Positions 1-6,823 of a DNA stretch of 32,000 nt are shown here, piece by piece. The stretch covers positions 2,760,001 to 2,792,000 of the forward strand of contig OZ245049.1 of NCBI GenBank assembly GCA_965224465.1, given 5' to 3'. The position numbers and the translations under genes are program-made. The notes under the pieces were generated by a model. That model was not told where the DNA came from. It did not search any database and was given only the letters and a program-made list of their open reading frames with translations. The stretch is from Flavobacteriaceae bacterium. Lineage in GTDB: Bacteria > Bacteroidota > Bacteroidia > Flavobacteriales > Flavobacteriaceae. The stretch's first letter is position 1; the number at the start of each line of letters is the position of its first letter.

Positions 1-60
1 GTAGATGCTTACTATAACTGGCTAAAAGAAGGGATCAATAAATTTAAACAATCTCTTTAA
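1..60 (+). CDS. 3' end of a CDS entering from the left edge (...VDAYYNWLKEGINKFKQSL*), product unknown
   Basis: Frame 1 is open from base 1 to TAA at 58-60. Only 19 codons are visible, so no family can be assigned. Confidence 0.3.
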   Translation, partial: VDAYYNWLKEGINKFKQSL

Positions 61-72
61 TAAAAACACAGT

Positions 73-1536
73 ATGGAACGTTATTTTCAACAGTTTAGAG
101 ACAACATTATTGGTTCAGATAAAACCTTTGAATCACCCTATGGTGTAAAAAAAATAATTTATACAGATTGGACGGCAAGTGGACGCTTATACCGTCCTAT
201 TGAAGAAAAAATAATCAATGAGTTTGGACCATTTGTAGCCAACACACATACCGAAACTTCCGTAACAGGATCTGCAATGACACTGGCATATCACAAAGCG
301 AGAGCCATTATCAAAACGCATGTAAACGCAAGTAAAGACGATGTGCTGATTACCGAAGGAACAGGAATGACAGGCGTTGTAAATAAATTTCAACGTATTT
401 TAGGACTCAAAGTATCTGAAAACCTAAAAGCATATACACAGATACCAGACCGTTTAAGACCCATCGTATTTATATCACACATGGAGCACCATTCCAACCA
501 AACTTCTTGGTTAGAAACCATTGCTGATGTAGAAATTATCCCTTGTCAAGAATCTGGACTAATTTGTTTAGATAGTTTTAAAACCATCTTGAAAAAATAC
601 CAAGACCGCCCCATTAAAATAGCTTCGATCACAGCATGCTCCAATGTTACAGGAATCAGAACAGATTATCATCAAATCGCAAAGATAATTCATCAGCACG
701 ACGGTCTTTGCTTTATAGATTTTGCTTGCTCTGCTCCTTATGTAGATATAAATATGCACCCAGAAGATCCCGAAGCATATTTGGATGCTATTTTCTTTTC
801 TCCACATAAATTTTTAGGAGGTCCAGGTACAAGCGGTGTTTTAATATTCAATAAAAAATTATATAAAAATATAGTTCCAGACAATCCAGGAGGAGGAACG
901 GTAAACTACACCAACCCATGGGGAGATCACGATTATATAGACGATATAGAATCTCGTGAAGACGGCGGAACTCCAGGTTTTTTACAAACCATTAAAATTG
1001 CATTGGCCATACGATTAAAGGAAAAAATGGGCGTTGCTAATATTTTAAAACGAGAACATGAAATTAACAATATCGTTTTTGATAAATTATCAAACATACC
1101 AAACCTGCATATTCTAGCAGAGCAACATACAGACAGGTTGGGGATTTTTTCTTTTTATATTGATAAAGTTCACTTTAATTTAATCGTAAAACTATTAAAC
1201 GATCGTTTTGGAATTCAATCCCGTGGTGGCTGTTCTTGCGCAGGTACTTATGGACATTTCTTATTAAATGTAGATAAAGAAACCTCAAAAAGTATTGAAG
1301 CAAAAATATCCGAAGGATGCCTAACAGAACGTCCTGGATGGATCCGTATGTCCATCCATCCTACCATCACCAATGATGAAATATATTTTGTCTGCGACAG
1401 CATCTTACAAGTCTCTAAAAACTACCAAGAGTGGGCTAAGGACTACCATTACGACATGGACAAAAACGACTATGTACACAATACATTTGAATCAACAGAA
1501 ATCAAACTTGTAGAACGTTGGTTTGAGGAATCATAA
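73..1536 (+). CDS. Class-V aminotransferase-fold PLP-dependent enzyme (cysteine desulfurase / selenocysteine lyase-like)
   Basis: 487-aa ORF. It has an SPHKFLGGPGTSGVL-type PLP-lysine motif, SNVTG and the HMEHHSN segment typical of class-V aminotransferases. A hairpin terminator follows. Confidence 0.8.
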   Translation: MERYFQQFRDNIIGSDKTFESPYGVKKIIYTDWTASGRLYRPIEEKIINEFGPFVANTHTETSVTGSAMTLAYHKARAIIKTHVNASKDDVLITEGTGMTGVVNKFQRILGLKVSENLKAYTQIPDRLRPIVFISHMEHHSNQTSWLETIADVEIIPCQESGLICLDSFKTILKKYQDRPIKIASITACSNVTGIRTDYHQIAKIIHQHDGLCFIDFACSAPYVDINMHPEDPEAYLDAIFFSPHKFLGGPGTSGVLIFNKKLYKNIVPDNPGGGTVNYTNPWGDHDYIDDIESREDGGTPGFLQTIKIALAIRLKEKMGVANILKREHEINNIVFDKLSNIPNLHILAEQHTDRLGIFSFYIDKVHFNLIVKLLNDRFGIQSRGGCSCAGTYGHFLLNVDKETSKSIEAKISEGCLTERPGWIRMSIHPTITNDEIYFVCDSILQVSKNYQEWAKDYHYDMDKNDYVHNTFESTEIKLVERWFEES

Positions 1537-1543
1537 CATCTTA

Positions 1544-1576
1544 AAAACCGTTTCGTCTATCGCGAAACGGTTTTTA
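1544..1576 (+). terminator. Rho-independent terminator of the aminotransferase gene
   Basis: Perfect 12-bp stem AAAACCGTTTCG (1544-1555) / CGAAACGGTTTT (1563-1574) with a 7-nt loop and a T-run, 8 nt after the stop codon. Confidence 0.75.
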
Positions 1577-1676
1577 TATCCCCCATTGAGGGAGAATACC
1601 TCACACCCATGTAAGGTTGACACAATCAGTGCACACACTACAAGCAGTGATTTTAGCTACAAAAAAACCAATAACA

Positions 1677-1799
1677 CCAAATACATTTCCGAGTGACGTT
1701 TTAAGAATGAATTATTTTTTTGTTTTAGCTAGGCGGAAAATCTAAGGATAGCTATCGTTCTGTTTTTCCACAACGCTAGCACGTAAAACAAACTACTTA
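1677..1799 (+). repeat. Foldback intergenic repeat, copy A, 5' arm plus core plus proximal 3' arm (interrupted by the IS)
   Basis: CCAAATACATTTCCGAGTGACGTTTTAAGAATGAATT...GTTTTAGCTAGGCGGAAAATCTAAGGATAGCTATCGTTCTGTTTTTCCACAACGCTAGCACGTAAAACAAAC aligns with copies at 5193-5450 and 16578-16715. Confidence 0.8.
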
Positions 1800-3532
1800 G
1801 GGCTTGCTGATTTTATAAGCGATTAACTAAACTTCAGATTAGATATATATCTATTTTCATGATAATAACCACTTCTATTAAAAAAACAGAAGAACTTATT
1901 TGATTCATTTTTTGAACAAATACTATTTTTATTCCTTTTTTAAAAAAGGCATAAAAAATAGCATATAGATCTGCTATTTTTAATAAAGTTACTAGATTCA
2001 TTACAAAGAAAATTGCACCAATCCAGCTTTGTGAGGTGTCGTTTGTTTTGGCTTTTATATTGCTTAGTCCGTATCCATTTTTAGCTTGCCCAAATTTTCC
2101 TTCGATTAGATTTCTTTGGTTTCGCTCTTTCTTTAGTTTTCGTCTCTGATACGCATTGAGCTCTTGTTTTGGTGGACGCCCTAAAGGTTTTCCTACAATA
2201 CGAATCTCTCTTTCTTTAAGCCACTTCCTGTTCTTTCTATTCAGATAAATACGATCTGCCAATAACAATTCTGGATAATTACCAAAGGTAGTTTTGTAGG
2301 TTTCTATCTGGAGTTCTAAGTCTATGGATTCATTAAAATTATCCCAACTGATGTGTTCTACACGACTCATTCCGTCTACTTCGCTTCCGCTTATTTTTGC
2401 GCCAAACTCTGTTCTTGCATTGTCTTTTCCTCTTGCTATGGGACGTACGTAAGGCTGATAGATATTAACAACTCTGTCTTTTACGCTATGTACTTTTTGA
2501 TCATACATGAATTGCTGTTGCTCATAAAGAAGTTGTACAACCCAGTATATTTTCTGATCTCGTTTAGAAATTGGAAACCTAAATGGATAAGCATCTTTTA
2601 AATCGGGAAATACTCCTACTGATTGTCCTTGTTTTCTTTGAGCTTCGATCTGATCTAAAAGTGATTCGATATAACTGATATTACGTTTTAAATAACCTAA
2701 CTGTTTTCGAATAAATTTACGAATTACTTTTTGCGACTTTCTTCTGTTTTTTGAAAAGTTTAAGTATTCTGTCCTAGCTATTCTACGGTAATCACGTGGC
2801 TTTTTATCCAAACCAGCTTCTTTGTATAATAAATCAATAATCCGCTCACTCTCTTTTCTTGCTCCATTTAACAATCCTGCATCAGTAGGAAATGCTATTT
2901 TCTGATTCGCTACGGTGGCATCAATTTTTAGTGTGCCTTTGTTTTGAGAAGTATCATTCTTATTTTTACTAATGTTCTTCTTTTTATCAGGTTTTAATTC
3001 ATCTGCTCTTTCTATAACAAGTGCATTCCATGCTTCAAAATTACTTGCACCCATTCGCTTACGAATATCAACAAAAACTGTAGGATGGAAGGGTGGTTTT
3101 GTTTGGAAATTTCTCAAACCACAAAAATATTGAAGATAGATGTTTTCACTAATCATAGCAACAGTTCCCCTGTCATCTAAATTTAATTTATGTTTTACAA
3201 TTAGTGCACCAATAACCATACGAACATCTATACTCTCTCTACCAGAGCTAGAATTAAGCTCTTTTGAATATACAGATGCTAAAGCATCCCAAGGGATCAC
3301 TTTAGCTAATTTTACCCAACGATTTTCTTTTGATAATTCCTGATCAAATGGATGAGAGAATCCTAATAAAGTTAACTGATTTGAAGGCGTATATTTTACC
3401 ATAAGTGCACAAGTTTATTACCTAAAGATACGAAAACATACGCACTTATCAAAAAAAATAAAGCACAAAATACAAGTTAATATTCTGATAATCAAATATG
3501 TAAGTTGTGTTTAGTTGAAAATCAGCAAACCC
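1800..3532 (-). mobile_element. Intact insertion sequence, IS5 superfamily (IS5/IS1182-like), 1733 bp
   Basis: 15-bp terminal inverted repeats match 14/15: GGGCTTGCTGATTTT (1800-1814) and AAAATCAGCAAACCC (3518-3532). They are flanked by direct repeats TACTTA (1794-1799 and 3533-3538). A single 522-aa DDE transposase ORF fills the element. Confidence 0.85.
1834..3402 (-). CDS. DDE transposase, IS5 superfamily (InsH-like N-terminal domain plus DDE_Tnp_1-type catalytic domain)
   Basis: The N-terminus (...NRWVKLAKVIPWDAL...GRESIDVRMVIGALIVKHKLNLDDRG) resembles the IS5 InsH N-domain. Candidate catalytic segments are KIDATVANQKIAFPTDAGLL, LLADRIYLN and RNLIEGKFGQAKNGYGL. Confidence 0.85.
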   Translation of the reverse strand: MVKYTPSNQLTLLGFSHPFDQELSKENRWVKLAKVIPWDALASVYSKELNSSSGRESIDVRMVIGALIVKHKLNLDDRGTVAMISENIYLQYFCGLRNFQTKPPFHPTVFVDIRKRMGASNFEAWNALVIERADELKPDKKKNISKNKNDTSQNKGTLKIDATVANQKIAFPTDAGLLNGARKESERIIDLLYKEAGLDKKPRDYRRIARTEYLNFSKNRRKSQKVIRKFIRKQLGYLKRNISYIESLLDQIEAQRKQGQSVGVFPDLKDAYPFRFPISKRDQKIYWVVQLLYEQQQFMYDQKVHSVKDRVVNIYQPYVRPIARGKDNARTEFGAKISGSEVDGMSRVEHISWDNFNESIDLELQIETYKTTFGNYPELLLADRIYLNRKNRKWLKEREIRIVGKPLGRPPKQELNAYQRRKLKKERNQRNLIEGKFGQAKNGYGLSNIKAKTNDTSQSWIGAIFFVMNLVTLLKIADLYAIFYAFFKKGIKIVFVQKMNQISSSVFLIEVVIIMKIDIYLI

Positions 3533-3564
3533 TACTTATATCGAATATTTCGGATTGCAATTGG
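3533..3564 (+). repeat. Foldback repeat copy A, distal 3' arm (continues after the IS)
   Basis: TACTTATATCGAATATTTCGGATTGCAATTGG matches the 3' ends of copy B (TATTTATATCTGTCATTTTGGATTTTAATTGG) and copy C (TATATATATCGACACTATTGGATTTAATTG). Confidence 0.75.
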
Positions 3565-3841
3565 TATTATCCGTCTATGCCAAGTCTAAAAAACTACATC
3601 CCACTTAATTCTCGAAATTATTTACTACATTATTCTTTAAAGATACAGAAGACACACCCCCATTAAACCGCTTCAAATCCAAGTTTTCACCCTTCCATAT
3701 AGAGTCATTTTTAAATTAATTTCACACAAATTTTTTGATTTGAAAATTTTACTTTAGTTTTGTTTTATTATTTTTATTCAGTCTTAATTAATATTAACAA
3801 GAGGATAGAGGATAAAAAAACGAAAAATTAAATAAAAAACA

Positions 3842-4354
3842 ATGAAAAAGATAGCACTCATATACGGATCAGATACAGGGATGACAGAAGACATTACTTG
3901 TGACATTATAAACAAATGGAAGGGGCCAGCCATAGAAGTAATCGAAGTAGACAAGGCAAGTAAAGAAACATTCGAAAGCTACGATCAGCTAATTTTAGGC
4001 CTTTCTACATGGTATGACGGAGAACTACAAAGCGATTGGGAACTATTTTTTGACACGTTCCAGACCATTGATTTTAACAATAAAAAAGTTGCTTTATTTG
4101 GTTTGGGAGATCAATATGGATATGGCGACAACTTTATAGATGGTGTAGGAATGCTCGCAGAAGTAGTCCTGAAAAATGGTGGAATTATTATAGGACAATG
4201 GCCAACAGAAGACTATGATTTTTCGGCATCAAAAGCATTAATTTCAGAAACACATTTCTACGGATTAGCACTGGATGAAGACAATGAAGACAAACTAACT
4301 AGTGAACGTGTAGACAACTGGTTAGAAATACTTCTAAAGGAATTTAAAGAATAA
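3842..4354 (+). CDS. fldA: Long-chain flavodoxin
   Basis: 170 aa. It has the N-terminal FMN phosphate-binding loop (IALIYGSDTGMTEDI), the FGLGDQYGYGDNF segment and a long-chain insertion. Confidence 0.9.
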   Translation: MKKIALIYGSDTGMTEDITCDIINKWKGPAIEVIEVDKASKETFESYDQLILGLSTWYDGELQSDWELFFDTFQTIDFNNKKVALFGLGDQYGYGDNFIDGVGMLAEVVLKNGGIIIGQWPTEDYDFSASKALISETHFYGLALDEDNEDKLTSERVDNWLEILLKEFKE

Positions 4355-4490
4355 GAAACCAACATCTTCAAGTTTAGCAAACAGGGCGTACTCACAAAAT
4401 ATCAGTCAAAAAAAAACAGCACAATAAAATTTAGTATCAAATATTGGGCTTATATTTACATGGTATATTTCGAACATTAAATAACCGTAC

Positions 4491-5015
4491 ATGATTAAAA
4501 AAATTATTTTCACATTAATTATAATTTGTAGCATTGGCGCTACGGCACAAGAAACAAGAACAAAAAAGAAAGCACCCAAACATGAAATAAAAATCAATAC
4601 CCTTTACACGATTATCGGAATTCCAGAAATCGGATATGAATATTTCTTAACAAATGGAACCTCCATTGGAGTAGACATCCTGTATTCAAGTGAAGAAGAC
4701 ATAAATTTAAAATTTGCAATAACACCTCACTATCGTTTTTATTTTGGGAGAAAGCCTATAACTGGATTTTTTACAGAAATTTTCGGAATGCTAAACAAGG
4801 CTGAAGTTGAAGAAAATTACGACTACGGAGCCATCAACAATTACACATATAAACAGTACACAGACGTTGCTTTAGGATTTGCTGTAGGAGCAAAGTTCTT
4901 AACAAGAAAAGGATGGACATTTGAACTCTCTGGAGGAATAGGCCGAAACCTAATCAGTGACAAAAGTGTAGATTTTGTTCCTCGTGGAGGAATTTCTATT
5001 GGAAAAAGATTTTAA
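4491..5015 (+). CDS. Small outer-membrane beta-barrel protein (DUF3575-like)
   Basis: Signal peptide (...CSIGATAQ), alternating amphipathic beta-strand pattern and a C-terminal aromatic residue (F). The family call is from memory of DUF3575-type proteins only. Confidence 0.5.
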   Translation: MIKKIIFTLIIICSIGATAQETRTKKKAPKHEIKINTLYTIIGIPEIGYEYFLTNGTSIGVDILYSSEEDINLKFAITPHYRFYFGRKPITGFFTEIFGMLNKAEVEENYDYGAINNYTYKQYTDVALGFAVGAKFLTRKGWTFELSGGIGRNLISDKSVDFVPRGGISIGKRF

Positions 5016-5140
5016 TAAAAACATCAATACTACACCTAGTACAACAACCTCACAAAGACATCCGCAAAGGTGATTATAAACTTAGAGAGGTCATCTCTAG
5101 TCGCTATTATCTTTTGTAAAAAAAAAAGCTGCATACAAAT

Positions 5141-5172
5141 CTCCTAAAAATTATTTCAAAGATTTCTAGGAG
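5141..5172. other. Hairpin in the convergent intergenic region
   Basis: CTCCTAAAAAT / ATTTCTAGGAG form an 11-bp stem with one mismatch and a 10-nt loop. There is no clear U-tract. Confidence 0.3.
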
Positions 5173-5189
5173 AATCGCTATTCCTAATA

Positions 5190-5343
5190 ATACCAATTAC
5201 ATTTCCAAGTAACGTTTTAGAAATAGAATTGTTTTTTGTTATACCAATTATATTTCCAAGAGACGGTTTAGAAATAGAATTGTTTTTTGTTGTACCAATT
5301 TAATTTTCCAAGAGACGGTTTAAAAATAGAATTGTTTTTTGTT
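5190..5343 (+). repeat. Three head-to-tail units (51, 51, 52 bp) of the outer 5' arm of the foldback repeat
   Basis: Units lie at 5190-5240, 5241-5291 and 5292-5343. Each reads (A/G)TACCAATT..ATTTCCAAG..ACG.TTTA.AAATAGAATTGTTTTTTGTT. Confidence 0.85.
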
Positions 5344-5450
5344 CTAGTTAGGCGGAAAATCTAAGGATAGCCGTAGCTATCGTTCTATTTTCCAACAACG
5401 CTAGAACATAAAACAACCTATTTATATCTGTCATTTTGGATTTTAATTGG
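5193..5450 (+). repeat. Foldback intergenic repeat, copy B (most complete; 5' arm triplicated)
   Basis: Termini are CCAATTA... / ...TTAATTGG. There is a central hairpin GATAGC-CGTA-GCTATC. The reverse complement of the 3' arm aligns to the 5' arm over its whole length. Confidence 0.85.
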
Positions 5451-5549
5451 GATAAAATCAAATACCTAGTAAAAAAAGGTTCATACCTATTCCTCGTTGA
5501 TTTCACAAAAACCTTTAAAAAAACACCTTCTAAACAACGCTTTTAAGCA

Positions 5550-5864
5550 TTACAAATTCCGCGCAATTATTTTCTTTAAAAAAGCAATTTCTTCATGTAA
5601 TTCCTTAACAAATTCACTTGTTACAGGTAATAAATCAACAATATTAATGTTTTCCGAATCCTCCGAATCCTTCAATAAACATTCTACAGGAATATTTAAG
5701 ATTTTCGCAATCTTTTTAAGTCTCAAAATAGAAATACGATGATCATCTTTTTCCAGGCGACCATAATTTGACTGTGTAATTCCTATATCAAATGCCATAG
5801 CTTCTTGTGACACTCCTCTTTGCTCTCTCAATTTTCGAATTAAACTACCAACTTGGTTACTCAT
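5550..5864 (-). CDS. XRE-family helix-turn-helix transcriptional regulator
   Basis: LIRKLREQRGVSQEAMAFDIGITQSNYGRLEKD is a classic HTH_3 motif. The ORF track starts at 5894, but MSNQVG (ATG at 5864) is the more plausible start because the 10 upstream codons are AT-rich leader. Confidence 0.8.
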   Translation of the reverse strand: MSNQVGSLIRKLREQRGVSQEAMAFDIGITQSNYGRLEKDDHRISILRLKKIAKILNIPVECLLKDSEDSENINIVDLLPVTSEFVKELHEEIAFLKKIIARNL

Positions 5865-5919
5865 TTCAATAATTTTTTTACAAATGTAAAGCATATAACA
5901 TTCAAAATATAGTTTTTCG

Positions 5920-5936
5920 TAGTTAATTTTTAACTA
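5920..5936. promoter_or_regulatory. Perfect palindrome TAGTTAA-TTT-TTAACTA in the divergent XRE/OMP promoter region (candidate operator)
   Basis: Perfect 7-bp inverted arms with a 3-bp spacer, 56 bp upstream of the XRE start and 150 bp upstream of the OMP start. Confidence 0.3.
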
Positions 5937-6086
5937 ATTGAAGTAGATATATAATTCTAGGCATCTAACAAATAGATTGATAAAGCCCCTATAACTATCT
6001 ACATTTGCAACCTCACTGCAATATTGTTATATGCAGCAAGGAGATATCAAAGAGCTCAAAAAAATTAAAAGCACAAAACCATCAAT

Positions 6087-6797
6087 ATGAAGAAAACACT
6101 TACACTATGTATTGTTTTAATTGCAACAACAATTTTTGCACAAGAAACTGATACATACAAAACATTTACCTATGGAGTAGAAACAGGAATTAACTTCAAT
6201 AATTTCAACAGGCCTGGATCTGACATAGGGTTTAAATTAGGAGCTCTCGCTAATTACAACAGCGGAGATGTCTACAACTTAAGAATAGGCGTACGTTACT
6301 CACAGGTAGGTGGACAAGCAATAGACAGAACGGTCACCTCCATCCCAGGAGCAAGCATCATAAAGCGTGATTTCCTAAACAGAAGTATCCAAATGCACAG
6401 TATAGAAGTTCCTTTGTCCATACATTTTTCATTACCAGAGACAACAGTTCAGGACATTTATCCTGATATCTACACAGGAATCGCTTACAATGCCATAATG
6501 TATGTAAATGAACGCAGAGATGAAATCTGGTATTCATCAAGCCCTACTCCCTTAGGAGATCCCATAAAAACATTAATAAACGGCACAAACGAAGCAGTTA
6601 CATCATCTTATAAAACACATACTTTTTCTGCCATCATAGGTACAAACATGTATATAAAACTATCTGAAACTCTGCACTATTTTATTGGAGCAGAATATAA
6701 AATAGGATTGAGTAACATAAAAAAAACACCATACCCGTATGGAGGAAATATGAGAATGAATCAATTTTCATTAAAACTAGGAGTCATATTTAATTAA
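6087..6797 (+). CDS. Outer-membrane beta-barrel (porin-family / OMP_b-brl-like) protein
   Basis: Signal peptide MKKTLTLCIVLIATTIFAQ, alternating beta-strand pattern and a C-terminal ...LKLGVIFN beta-signal-like end. Confidence 0.55.
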   Translation: MKKTLTLCIVLIATTIFAQETDTYKTFTYGVETGINFNNFNRPGSDIGFKLGALANYNSGDVYNLRIGVRYSQVGGQAIDRTVTSIPGASIIKRDFLNRSIQMHSIEVPLSIHFSLPETTVQDIYPDIYTGIAYNAIMYVNERRDEIWYSSSPTPLGDPIKTLINGTNEAVTSSYKTHTFSAIIGTNMYIKLSETLHYFIGAEYKIGLSNIKKTPYPYGGNMRMNQFSLKLGVIFN

Positions 6798-6823
6798 TAA
6801 AAATAAATAAGTTAACAATAACC

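Noticed and set aside
187-807. Minus-strand ORFs 187-393 and 568-807, antisense to the aminotransferase gene.
   Set aside because: They are fully nested in a well-supported longer CDS on the opposite strand. The translations are Cys/Phe-rich and low-complexity, as is typical of antisense frames in AT-rich DNA.
1628-1638. The 11-mer AGTGCACACAC is shared between 1628-1638 and 13625-13635, suggesting another repeat family.
   Set aside because: Exact 11-mer matches are expected many times by chance in a 32-kb self-comparison on both strands, and the flanking sequences do not align.
1720-1765. Resemblance of GTTTTAG...GGAAAATCTAAGGATAGCTATCGTT to a type II CRISPR repeat plus tracrRNA nexus (GTTTTAGAGCTA ... 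AAAATAAGGCTAGTCCGTTATC).
   Set aside because: The similarity is short, gapped and AT-biased. The sequence is fully explained as the inner stem and tip of the foldback repeat. There is no cas9, no spacer array and no anti-repeat logic in the window.
2353-3343. Plus-strand ORFs 2353-2601 and 3140-3343 inside the IS.
   Set aside because: They are antisense to the transposase, with no recognisable motifs. Elements of this type carry a single transposase ORF.
3728-3749. Inverted repeat AAATTTT-N8-AAAATTT upstream of fldA, considered as a possible Fur-type iron box.
   Set aside because: It is pure A/T low-complexity sequence in an AT-rich promoter. Such symmetry is expected by chance, and I know of no matching consensus that I can cite.
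4406-4597. 63-aa minus-strand ORF overlapping the start of the 4491-5015 OMP gene.
   Set aside because: The peptide is hydrophobic and low-complexity, and it overlaps a better-supported signal-peptide-bearing CDS. It is most likely spurious.
5190-5343. Tandem ~51-bp repeats that could look like a CRISPR array.
   Set aside because: The units are directly adjacent with no unique spacers between them. They are homologous to the arm of a palindromic repeat found elsewhere in the window, and no cas genes are present.
5497-5742. 81-aa plus-strand ORF antisense to the XRE regulator.
   Set aside because: The opposite strand encodes a clear HTH_3 protein. The plus-frame product has no motif and is Ser/Phe/Lys low-complexity.
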